NCBI GenBank assembly: GCA_963750165.1 | Contig: CAVVPN010000012.1 | Coordinates: forward strand, 256,001 to 320,000 | Length of the DNA: 64,000 bases | Reading direction: 5' to 3' | Origin: an uncultured Gemmataceae bacterium | GTDB taxonomy: Bacteria > Planctomycetota > Planctomycetia > Gemmatales > Gemmataceae | In this document: piece after piece, positions 43,278 to 52,827 of the stretch | Layout of the letters: the number at the start of each line of letters is the position of its first letter | Numbering within the stretch: position 1 is the stretch's first letter | Program-made: the position numbers and the translations under genes | Notes under the pieces: generated by a model | Database searches by the model: none | What the model was told of the DNA's origin: nothing | What the model saw: only the letters and a program-made list of their open reading frames with translations

Positions 43278-44382
43278 TCAGAAGCCGGGGCCGCCTTGCG
43301 CGTCGGCGAAGTTGACGGTGGTGGTGGTGCCGGCGGCCACGGTGAGGGTGACCGAGCCGGGCGTCTCGAAGTTGTCGCCCGGCGGCGCCGTCTGCACGAC
43401 GGTGTAGGTGCCGGCCGCCAGCCACGTGAACTGGTAGTTGCCGTACTGGTCGGTCGCCGTCATGGCGACCAGCTGGCCGGTGCTGTTGTACAGCGACACG
43501 GTCACGCCCGGCAGCAGCGTGTCGGTGGCCGCCTCGTAGGAGCCGTCCCCGTCGTTGTCCTGGTAGACGAACCCCGAGATCGTCGTCGAGGGCGGGCTGA
43601 ACGGCAGCTGGTTGACGTCGGGCGCCCGAGAGCATCACGATGCTCTTGCCGCCGATGATCTCGCCGTTGAAGGTGCCGTCCAGGTTGAAGCTGTAATTCG
43701 GGGCCAGCAGCGTGCCGTTGAAGACGTTGCCGACCTTGGAGTTGATGGTGCCGCCGGCGCCGGTGAAGTTGTAGAGCACGTGGTCAGCCGTCACCGCGCC
43801 GCCCAGCCCCAGCACCGAACTGGCGGTGAAGGTGAGCGTGCCGGTGACGTTGACGACGAAGATGTCGCTGGCGGTGCCGCTGAGGGTCAGCGACGCCGTG
43901 AGGTCGCCGTTGACGGCGAGGACGTTGAGGCCGCCGTTGCCGGTCACGGTCGTCGGGCTGCCCACCGTGCCCAGCGTCTGCGTCGGCGTCAGCGCCGCCG
44001 CCTGGGACGCGGCCATCAGCGCGTCCGCGTCGTTCTGCGCCAGCAGGCCCGGGTTGACCACGACGCCGCCGCCCAGCTTGCCCGGCCCGGAGTACTGGCT
44101 GGCCGAGTAGACGACGGCGTTGCCCTTGATGGTCGAGGGGGCCGCGTTCGACAGGCTGCCGCCCTGGGAAACGCCCTCGTCGCCGGTGATGGTGACGTTA
44201 CTGTTGTTGATCGCGGTGTTTTGCAGCCCGAGCACGTCGTAGTTGGCGGCCGTGCCGAGGGTGACGGCCGGCACGCAGCGGACCTCCAGGCCGTCCACGA
44301 GGGGCCGGAAGCGGTTGGGGTGTGCGGAAACCCGTTGGCGTTGCTTGGGGCGAGCGCGCAGGAGGGACCTCAGCCAGTTCAT
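43278..44382 (-). CDS. Secreted surface protein: planctomycete leader, ice-binding/choice-of-anchor-like beta-helix and SdrD-B domain (frameshift near 43625)
   Basis: RFRPLVDGLEVRCVPA; LGTAANYDVLG, VLYNF, GTLLAP; ISGFVYQDNDGDG...GVTVSLY..G..VA.T.TD..GNYQF. Confidence 0.75.
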
Positions 44383-44656
44383 GGAAGGACTCCAGGGTGG
44401 GAAGGGAGTGCCGGCGTCGGGGAGGAGGGCCGCACAACCACAGGCACCGGGCCGGTGCGGGGCAGGGAGGTAGGAGGGGGCAATGCACCGCGCATTGCTA
44501 TAGCTATGTAGGGCAATTTTCTGGGCTTGTCAAATAAAGACGTAAAAAGTGCTAAAAAGACTGCTCGGTCCTGCTGGAGCCTGGTGCCCGGTTGCCCTGT
44601 CCAGTGCGTCATCACCCGGGCGGCAGCTCCACCGCTGCCGCCCGGGTGACGGCCGC

Positions 44657-45703
44657 TCACGAGCCGGGGCTTGACATGTAGGCGAAGTCCTCAGTAGCGG
44701 TGGCGCCGGCCGCCACGATGAAGTTGACCGAGCCGGGCGTCTCGCTATTGTCGCCCGCCGGCGCGGCCGTCACGACGGTGTAGGTGCCGGCCGCCAGCCC
44801 CGAGAACTGGTAGTCGCCGGACTGGCCGGTCATCGTCGTGGTGACCAGCTGGCCGGCGCTGTTGTACAGCGACACGGTCACGCCCTGCAGCAGCGTGTCG
44901 GTGCCCTGCTCGTAGGCGCCGTCCATGTCGTTGTCCTGATAGACGAACCCCGAGACCGTTGCCGAGGGCGGCACGTAAATGTCGGGCGTCACCGAGCCGG
45001 TGGCGCTGTACGAGCCGGTCCAGTTCGAGCCGCCGCCGCCGCGGGCGCCGCCCAGGACGAAGGACTTGTCGGTTTCCGGCGTGCCGGCGTGGTCGGAATT
45101 CGCGTTCGGGCCGAAGTGGTTGTCGTCCACCGCCTTGACGTTCAGGGCGGTGTAGTCGGTGCTGAACTGGGAGTAGATGGCGGCGGCCCACTGCCAGCTC
45201 GACGCTGACGCCGGGCGCACTCGCCTGGAAGTTCGCGTGCCAGGTGACCGGGCTGATGCCGCCGGGCAGCCCGTTGGGGGCCGGCAGCGCCACGCCGGCG
45301 AGGAAGGCGTCGCCGCTGAACCGAGCCGGCTCGCTGACCTGCCAGGTGTTGGAGCCGGTGTCGAAGGCGGCGGTCGCCTGGGTGGCGCCGGGCGTGAAGG
45401 TGATGGCGGAGTCGGGCACCGGCACGGTGGAATCGGTGCCGCCGGCCGAGAAGGTCACCGAGGCGTTGGTGACGTGCAGGGTCACCGGGGCGCTGCCCAG
45501 GCCGCTGACCTTGGCGACACTGCTGAACCAGACCGTGGCGCCGGCCGGGATGGCGGTGCCGTTGAAGTTGGAGACGATGCTGCTGGCCGACGGCTGCAGG
45601 CGGTCCTCCAGGAGTTCGACGGTCGGCGGGCGGTGGGCGGGGTGGCGCGGGGTTCCCTGACGCCGCGGCGCGCGGCGCGCGGTAGCAACGAAAGCCAGTT
45701 CAT
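44657..45703 (-). CDS. Secreted surface protein with C-terminal SdrD-B domain (frameshifts near 45660 and 45200)
   Basis: MNWL leader, VELLEDRLQPS, SNFNGTAI, WQWAAAIY, GGARGGGGSNWTGSYS, SGFVYQDND...GDYQFSGLAAGTY. Confidence 0.7.
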
Positions 45704-45975
45704 GGAAAGCCTCTTCTGAGGTCGAGGTAAAACGGCCTGAGGGGAAGGCGGCGTGATAATGGGTCTTGGCCGACGGGTGGGGCGCCCTTCGCACTGCCTG
45801 AAATCCTATAGGCCACATTTCCGGTCAAGTCAAATGCCCATCGCTTGTGTCCTGGTTTCCTCAGCGAAGCGGCGGGAACTGCGGCAGGTAGGTGCCGCGA
45901 GAGCGGTTCGCACGCGGATCGCGCACGCGGTGGGACGGCGGGCACAGCTTGACCAGCAGGGGCCTGCGCTGTCGC

Positions 45976-46544
45976 AGCAAGGGGGCCAAGGAGGCCAAGG
46001 GGGCCAACTTTTTCATACGTCGAGATGCGGCGCCTGGCAGCGCCGGCCTGCCGTTTGTGGGCCACGCGACTGCGAACCGCGCTGGAGCACCCCGGCCTAC
46101 TGCCTGGAAGTCAGGGACTCCCAGTCGGCCGAAATCGCCACCAATGGTCCCCTGGTTGGCGTTAGCGGTTCCACAGGCGATACGTTTGCGACGGCAATGG
46201 GCAGACCTCGAACCGGCTAACTCCACCTCTGCGGTTACCGTACCTGGACCAATCGGGCGCGTCAACCCGGCGAACCCCCTCCCGCCCTGAGCGACAGCAG
46301 GTACAGCCGCAGCCCCACGCTGGTGGTCTGGATGCGTGGTCCGCGCTGTGTTCCTCTCGACGTGCGTGATGGATCATCTGCCCGCAAGTGATGACTTGGT
46401 CTCCTGACCGAGCCACGCGGCCCGACCGAAGGTCTCCTCCGGGATGCCGGGGAGACCTTCGGTCGGGCACGGTGACACGGTCGGGAGACCGTGCCACAAT
46501 GGAGTAAATGAACCTGACCCCTTTCTCCTCTGCTTTCTCCTCTC
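45976..46544. repeat. About 570-bp direct repeat, copy B
   Basis: Near-identical to 37985-38551. Confidence 0.9.
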
Positions 46545-46595
46545 GCCCCAGAGGAGGAGGCGGTGTTCGATCAGTCCTGCGTGCAGGATGAGCAT
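46542..46595 (-). pseudogene. SNF2 N-terminal 18-codon fragment
   Basis: MLILHAGLIEHRLLLWGE versus MLILQAGLIDGRFLLWGE of the SNF2 at 37511. Confidence 0.85.
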
Positions 46596-46622
46596 GGAGG
46601 GTTCCTGTCCTCGGAGTCAAGA

Positions 46623-46855
46623 TCAATCCGCTGTGGCCCCCGGGGTCACTTCGTCTTCGGCCATCTCCGTGTACACTTCCTCGCCTGGGTTGAGTTCAAA
46701 CTTGACTCCGTACACTCTTCTGCCACCGATCCCCAGGCCGCCGCGGTCTTCGACCACTCTTGCCGTGACCCAACCGCTGCCAAAGGGAAAGGAGACGAGT
46801 CCCCGAGGTTGTAGCGTGGCGGAGGCGTTTTCCCATTGCCCTTGATCTTTGCCAT
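46623..46855 (-). CDS. Small SH3/KOW-like beta protein (frameshift near 46797)
   Basis: MAKIKGNGKTPPPRYNLGD/LVSFPFGSGWVTARVVEDRGGLGIGGRRVYGVKFELNPGEEVYTEM; GGAG RBS. Confidence 0.7.
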
Positions 46856-46866
46856 GACCGGCTCCC

Positions 46867-47445
46867 TTACCAGGGATAACCCCCTGTGACGGATTGTATG
46901 TATGTCCGGAGTACCCGATCCATGGATCGTGCCAGGCGGTCGCAGCCGCGGCGCCAGCGCCGTACCCTGGCCAGCTGCAGGACCGTGGTCCCACCAAGGA
47001 AGGCTGGGTCAAACAGCTGGTGGGCGATGGCATTCCTCCAGGTATTCAGTTCGTCCAGCCACCGCCTGCGCAAGTGGTTGTTCGCGAAGACGGTATCGAC
47101 CTGCCCCCAGAGGTTTTGCACCCCCAGCCGCCCGAAGTCACCGCCGATGGTTCCCTGGTTGGCATTTTTGCTGTCGAGTTGACGGTTCCACAAAAAGTCT
47201 TGCCGCGTCGTGTAGCGAAATCCTGGGTGGGGGATGACCGCCACCAACAGAAAAACCGCCTCCGTGTGCAGGTCGCGGCAAAAGCCCTGGAACTGCGACG
47301 CCAGCAGGACGGCATACATCCGGTTCACCTGCTGCGTGGCATTCCGGCCGCGCGCCGACCCACCGAGCAGCGCGTGGGCGGCCTCCAGATGATCCAGTTC
47401 CGTGGCCCGATCCCGGCTCCACAGGCGATACGCTTGCGACGGCAA
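46867..47445 (-). CDS. HEPN-domain protein (putative RNase)
   Basis: All-helical pattern with RNAIAH (RxxxxH) motif; probable TTG start after GAGGG. Confidence 0.75.
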   Translation of the reverse strand: MPSQAYRLWSRDRATELDHLEAAHALLGGSARGRNATQQVNRMYAVLLASQFQGFCRDLHTEAVFLLVAVIPHPGFRYTTRQDFLWNRQLDSKNANQGTIGGDFGRLGVQNLWGQVDTVFANNHLRRRWLDELNTWRNAIAHQLFDPAFLGGTTVLQLARVRRWRRGCDRLARSMDRVLRTYIQSVTGGYPW

Positions 47446-47661
47446 CAGGCAGCCCTCAACGGTTCCATCCTCCGCCAAAGACAGCGTAGCCAACGAAATG
47501 GCGTCGTGTCAACGCCCGGCGCCCTGCGTTCGCGGACTGGAGGGGACTGCAACGCTTCTGACGGCGGCGGACCGCGAACGCAGGGCACCCGGCGGTACAC
47601 TTGATCCGTATTTGCCTCGCGAATCATGGGTTAGCAGCAACGTCCCCGTTTTTCATTTTTC

Positions 47662-47935
47662 CTGACCGTCACGGAATTTGGGGCGGATGACTCTTCGCCT
47701 TGGGTCTTTACGCCGAAGGCGTTGCATCCCAAAGCCCAGGGTCGCGCAGCGCACCCTGGGAACCGAGCGCCCGTGGTGAACGTCTACGCCGAAGGCGTTG
47801 CATCCAGGTGATCCAACCCCTTCGGGGTAAATTCCTTACGGTTGTTTGCGGTTCCCAGGGTGCGCTGCGCGACCCTGGGCTTTGGGATGCAACGCCTTCG
47901 GCGTAAAGACCCGCCCCAAAATCCGTGACGGTCAG
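47662..47935. mobile_element. 274-bp MITE, copy 1 (8-bp TSD catttttc)
   Basis: TIR ctgaccgtcacgga.tttggggcgg / ccgccccaaaatccgtgacggtcag; internal REP palindromes. Confidence 0.9.
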
Positions 47936-47943
47936 CATTTTTC

Positions 47944-48059
47944 CGCACGTCGTCACCTGTTGCAAGAGCTGCAACCGCAAGAAGAACAACGACAGCATGC
48001 GCCAATTCCTGGCGTGGGCCAGGCGCATCGCCAGGCACCGGGGCTGGATCAAGAGGTAG
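47944..48059 (+). pseudogene. HNH endonuclease C-terminal remnant
   Basis: HVVTCCKSCNRKKNNDSMRQFLAWARRI. Confidence 0.55.
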
Positions 48060-48300
48060 GGCCACCGGGTGCCGAACAGGCTCAGGACGAATGGCGGACG
48101 CGGACCGACTTCCGGGGAACCAGGAACGGAGGGACCGATGAAGGAGTTGCGCCTGGGCAAGGGGCAGGTGTACCCGGTCAGCGACGAGGATTTTGAACTG
48201 GCGGCCCGCTCCTGTGGCGGGTGCGGCGCGGTTACGCCGTGGTGCCGCAGCGTGCGTCAATTCCTGGCGTGGGCCAGGTGCGACAGAAAATAGAAAAGGC

Positions 48301-48329
48301 TTGACAACTGCCCCATGTTTACCTAAATT
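48301..48329 (+). promoter_or_regulatory. Sigma70-type promoter (probably leaderless transcript)
   Basis: TTGACA - 17 bp - TAAATT, ATG 7 nt downstream at 48337. Confidence 0.65.
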
Positions 48330-48336
48330 AGTGAAC

Positions 48337-48666
48337 ATGATCGTCACGTCGTTCGCCAGAGAGGTGAAACGACTTCGCGCCGAGCGCGGCTTCACGATTC
48401 GAGATTTAGCAGCCGCGACGGGGAAAAGCGTTGCCTACCTGGCAAAAATTGAAGTTCAGGGGGAAATCCCTGCACCTGAGTTCATCTGTGAATTGTGCCG
48501 TGTGCTAGGTGCAAACCCTGTTGACATGCTTCGGTTGGCTAAAGAAACCAAACTGTCAGCGGTTTCAAGACAAATTGACCGAGAGCATGAACGTGCATTG
48601 ATTGCTTACAGCCAGTCCGAACTATGCAACTCCGCTGAACATCAACGTGAGAAAGGGGACATTAAA
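48337..48666 (+). CDS. XRE-family HTH regulator (in frame with the downstream ParA)
   Basis: FAREVKRLRAERGFTIRDLAAATGKSVAYLAKIEVQGEIP. Confidence 0.8.
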
Positions 48667-49526
48667 ATGGCTACTGTTCTGAGCATGATCAACATGAAGG
48701 GTGGGGTGGGGAAGACGACGTTGGCGATGCACCTCGCTCACGCGGCAGACAAGATGAATCTGCGGACGCTTGCAGTTGATCTCGACCCGCAGTCCAATCT
48801 GAGCCAGGCACTCATGGGGCCGAAAGCTTATGTTGATTATCTGGCGAAGAACAAGCCAACGGTCGTCAAGATTTTTGATGAATTGGTACCGACTCATTCC
48901 GCCAGCGATTCCCCACATTTGCTTGACACCAATAATGTTGTGGTGAAAAAGGCGGGTTATTGGGGTGACAGCACCCTCGACTTGATCCCGAGCCGACTGG
49001 AACTCTCTAGAACGCTGAAGAACCCAGCGCAGAAGGAGCGACGATTGGCGAAGGCACTCACCCAGGTTCGCGATCTGTACGATCTCGTGATTATCGACTG
49101 CGCCCGACCGAATCGGTACTGACCGATGCGGCGTATTTCGCGAGTCGTTACGTTGTTGTTCCGATCAAGCCAGAGTTTATGGCCACCATCGGATTGCCCC
49201 TGCTTGCTCGGTCTCTTCAGGATTTCCGGATCGAGAACGAAGACCATCAGATTGAGATCGCCGGCTTGGTTTTCAACCATTCGTCGAGCTATTCCAGCGG
49301 CCCTGAAGGCCAGCATTCGATCAAGGACGTTACCAAAGTGGCCACTGAGAATGGTTGGCACATCTGTGAAAATCAACTGAGGTACTCGGCCTCTTACGCG
49401 AAATCGGCACGTGAGCGAACTCCGCTTTCGCGGACGAGTTACGCGCGAGGTGATGTGGTCCAAGGGTTCCGCCGCTTGGCGGATGAAATTTTCACTCTCA
49501 TCGGCATTGCAGAGGTGACGGCGTGA
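48667..49526 (+). CDS. ParA/Soj-family ATPase (frameshift near 49103)
   Basis: NMKGGVGKTT, VDLDPQSNLS, LIPS, YDLVIIDC-(AP)TESVL; continues in ORF 49179-49526. Confidence 0.88.
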
Positions 49527-49981
49527 ATGACGCTCTCCTTGAACTCGAACTTCGATTGCTGATCCTGAAGTACGGTCACCAAAAATTGATCCAAGTCTTA
49601 GCCCGTCTTGGAGATCAGACACATGAGGAACTGGAACAGCGTCTCAGAGAGGCGGAGGAGAAGCGACGAACTAAGCGCCCAAAACCCTCGATTATAGACG
49701 TGGTGGCTTCCGAGTGCCGCGATCATCCCGACATTGAGGAACCTCTTCGGTTGCTCGCTGTCGGCTTCCAAAATCGTACGTTTCTTCCAAACCTTCGTGA
49801 TGTACAACGTTTTCTCGAACGGACTAACTCGAAACCTGGCAAATTGAAATCACGCGAGGCGGCTATTCCAGTGCTTTTTCGTTCGCTCGGCAAGTTAACC
49901 CGTGACGAATTGCTTGACCTTGCCCAAAAGAACGATGTTTCCGGTGACAGTGATTTTGCAATACTGCGCGAGAGATCATGA
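49523..49981 (+). CDS. Hypothetical protein (may extend to 50043)
   Basis: GTGA overlap with parA; helical, basic protein. Confidence 0.65.
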   Translation: MNDALLELELRLLILKYGHQKLIQVLARLGDQTHEELEQRLREAEEKRRTKRPKPSIIDVVASECRDHPDIEEPLRLLAVGFQNRTFLPNLRDVQRFLERTNSKPGKLKSREAAIPVLFRSLGKLTRDELLDLAQKNDVSGDSDFAILRERS

Positions 49982-50146
49982 AAGCGCGGGGAGGGAACAG
50001 GCCGAGGCCGTTGAGACCCGACGATAAACCGAGAAAGAGTTGATCGACTGTAACCGGAAAACGAACACTGACCATTCTACGGCAACATAATTGGCGGTAC
50101 AAAAGGAAAAGGGGACATGAATGCCCCTTTTCCTTTCCGAAGATAT

Positions 50147-50701
50147 TCAGGGGAGGCCAATTCGTGACAGGAAACTTGCGAACCTCTGTGAAATATCCTC
50201 GCGGTACAAGTCGCCGACCTTGCAAACGAACTGTTTTCGCTTCAGCTTTTTTAGATAGTTTGTGTTCACGGAAAAATAGTGCTTGAAGTCGATAACTGAA
50301 GGAACGACCGAGATCTCGTCAGGAAACGAGAGGTAATGAAATCGAGGCGTCTCGTTCTTTCGGAGGTTTTCTCCCGGTGATTTTTTACTGTTGATCTCCA
50401 TCATTTTCATGGAGAGTTCGCTGAGGTGCTGCCCCAGATAGACATGCTCGGCGTTGTACAGTGGTGCCACTAACACGGAAAACAGCAACTTGTCCTTGCT
50501 TGCTGCATTTTCGCCAGCTTTACGGACTTTCGAGTCTTGTTCGAGGTCGCAGTCTTGGGTGAGAACAATCACAAGCGGGAAAACGATCTTCGAGATCTCG
50601 AAGTTCCCCTTCGACTCAATCGCGTATTCGATAAATTCCACGTCACGGAATATGTCACCCTGGCATATCCGGTTTTCGCATTTTTTCCTAACTTTAATCA
50701 T
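50147..50701 (-). CDS. Hypothetical protein with QGD...VLTQDCDL motif
   Basis: ICQGDIF, VIVLTQDCDLEQD, VLVAPLY, RFHYL, SQRFASFLSRIGLP; ATGA overlap with the upstream ORF. Confidence 0.75.
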   Translation of the reverse strand: MIKVRKKCENRICQGDIFRDVEFIEYAIESKGNFEISKIVFPLVIVLTQDCDLEQDSKVRKAGENAASKDKLLFSVLVAPLYNAEHVYLGQHLSELSMKMMEINSKKSPGENLRKNETPRFHYLSFPDEISVVPSVIDFKHYFSVNTNYLKKLKRKQFVCKVGDLYREDISQRFASFLSRIGLP

Positions 50702-50945
50702 TGATGATCTTCGCCTTGATCACGACGCGCCTAGGTTTCCCGGTGCCGTACTTGACGATTTCCTTCTCGACCAACTCTTCAAATTTCACAACCGCTATCT
50801 TCGGTGTCACCTGCCCTGCCCGCTCCGGCTCCGTTGCCTGGGTTCGATCCCCCTGTTCGTCCTGCTTCCGTTCTGGCACCGTCGATTGCGTTCGCTCCCC
50901 TTGCTCGTATTGAGGGGAGAAAATGCCTTCCTGTTCAGCCACCAT
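50694..50945 (-). CDS. Small hypothetical protein with an internal 13-aa repeat
   Basis: EQGERTQSTVPER / EQGDRTQATEPER; overlaps both neighbours. Confidence 0.5.
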   Translation of the reverse strand: MVAEQEGIFSPQYEQGERTQSTVPERKQDEQGDRTQATEPERAGQVTPKIAVVKFEELVEKEIVKYGTGKPRRVVIKAKIIND

Positions 50946-51730
50946 TCACCCCCATTTTCGCAAAGGCCGTCTTTGATCACGCTCTCGAAAAGCGCGTTAA
51001 TGCGGTCGTGCAAGATGTTCAGGTATTTTTTTATGTCCCCCTGGCTCATCACGAGGTTGGTATACGCGTCGGTGTCCATCACGAATGACTTTTTACGTAT
51101 CACCGCCGGATAGTCCTCATTCGGCATGCCGAACTGGAACCGGATGGCGACCTCTCCGTCGTTTGTTTCGAGGATGTTGAAGGTTCGCGTAACCGTTTTC
51201 CGATCCTGGGCGAGATTGAAACCCGCCAGCAGATCCGCGTGCAAGTAATCGCTCCATTCCGTTGGATTGGTTTCGTCCAGTTCGATGTGATCGACGTACC
51301 GCAAGCCGACACGGCTGACCATGATGTCGCCGTACGAATGATTCAGCGCATCGACCGCCGAGAGGAAATCCTCGCAAAGCAACTCGAAGTTTTTGTAGGC
51401 GCTGATTTCGATCGCGAGAAAATCTTCCGCGATCACCAGGAATTTGTCCCTGTCTTTCGCGTGGAAGAGCCATTCGTTTCTTTGGCCCTTCAGTTCCTCG
51501 TTTTTTTTGCCTCCGATGCGCAGCGAGTGGGCGATCAACTTCTTCACCTCGGCGATCGGGAAACGGCTCTTGATTGCGCCGATGAACGCTTTTGCAGGAC
51601 CTTTCAGCTCCATCTTTACGTCCGAAAAATCCACGCGCACGACAACCTTCTTCAAGAAGTTTTTCTTATACTTCTTGCGGACCGGCGGTTTGCCGGGCAC
51701 ATCGACCTTGCCGGTCGCTCTCTTTGCCAT
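50807..51730 (-). CDS. TIGR04255-like family protein (3' end probably frameshifted, true stop near 50936)
   Basis: YKKNFLKKVVVRVDF, Y.NFE, VSRVGLRYVDHI, FVMDTDAY, LHDRINALFE. Confidence 0.7.
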   Translation of the reverse strand: MAKRATGKVDVPGKPPVRKKYKKNFLKKVVVRVDFSDVKMELKGPAKAFIGAIKSRFPIAEVKKLIAHSLRIGGKKNEELKGQRNEWLFHAKDRDKFLVIAEDFLAIEISAYKNFELLCEDFLSAVDALNHSYGDIMVSRVGLRYVDHIELDETNPTEWSDYLHADLLAGFNLAQDRKTVTRTFNILETNDGEVAIRFQFGMPNEDYPAVIRKKSFVMDTDAYTNLVMSQGDIKKYLNILHDRINALFESVIKDGLCENGGEWWLNRKAFSPLNTSKGSERNRRCQNGSRTNRGIEPRQRSRSGQGR

Positions 51731-52827
51731 TTGATAATCTCCCCGTCGCAGTTCGGTGGTTTTTGAAGATTATAGCGCTGTGATCGTCTGTAATCCAGAA
51801 ACTTCTGCGCATCGGGACATTTCGATTTGTTCCCCGCGTTCCGGTTGTAGGGGCCTTTTTGTGCCGCAGGGGAAAAGGAATCCTCCTCGCCTAAATAGTG
51901 GCGGCGAAATTCCTTGAAATCAGTTCCGGAAATCGACGCTTGAATACCCAGTCGCCTGGGGGGTCGTCTCGGCGATGCCTCGGAACGCTTGTATGCCCCC
52001 TACGTTATTCTGGTGGAGAATCAGCACTAAATCACTTCCGGTATTCGCAGCCCTTCCCGGCGCCGAGCCCGCTCCCCGCCTCCGCAACCCCACCGCCGCA
52101 TCCACCCCCACCCCGGTTACAATCGCCCCGTCGCCCCACCACACCGGAGTCGCACCCATACTCGTTCAAGCCCTGCAGCCGTCGGCAGCGTCCGCAAGGG
52201 CGACTGGCTCGGCCTGCCCGAACCCGAAGCCCACTCCCTGACCGCCGCCGGCGCCGTCCGCCCCGTCACCGTCACCCTGACCGCACCCGATGCCAAGGCC
52301 GGGATGCCCTTCGACCCGCGTTCCCCGTTCCTGCCGCCCGACCCCAATGCGCTGGAACCCGCGCACCACCTGTTAATCAGTTCATTCTAGCGTACTGGAG
52401 AAGCTGTTTCAACTGGCGGCTGTGGCCGGTTCCACCCTGACAGTCGGCGGCCCCGCCGACGCCCCGCGCCTCCTGCTCCTGGGCCTACTGGAGCAGTTGG
52501 CGGCTGGGAGTAGCGGTGGGTGGAGTGTGGTGGCCCTGTTACTCGGGCTGGCAGCATGGGGCACGGGACGGCACTGGGTTCCGACACCGTGGCCCGGTGG
52601 CCCGGTGGCCCGGTGACTCTTCCGACGACCCGCTACACCCGCCCGCAAACTGCTCTAATCGAGTCCACCGAGGCGGCCCAACAGGGGTTGGGGGTGTGGG
52701 TCCTTCTCCGCCCGGACGTGGCACGGGCTGGCCCACGGGGGGGGGTGTGTGGCTCAGCGTGAGATGAAAAGCCAAGCCAGGGAACTATCAGGGGTTATTT
52801 CATCTCGCGACCGTGAGATGAATCCGG

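Noticed and set aside
37985..46544. Diversity-generating retroelement TR/VR pair
   Set aside because: Mismatches between the repeats are not adenine-specific and no reverse transcriptase is present.
51900..52800. Structured ncRNA or gene in the C-rich intergenic stretch, including the short gtggcccg tandem repeat
   Set aside because: No recognisable RNA family or credible ORF; it looks like decayed sequence.
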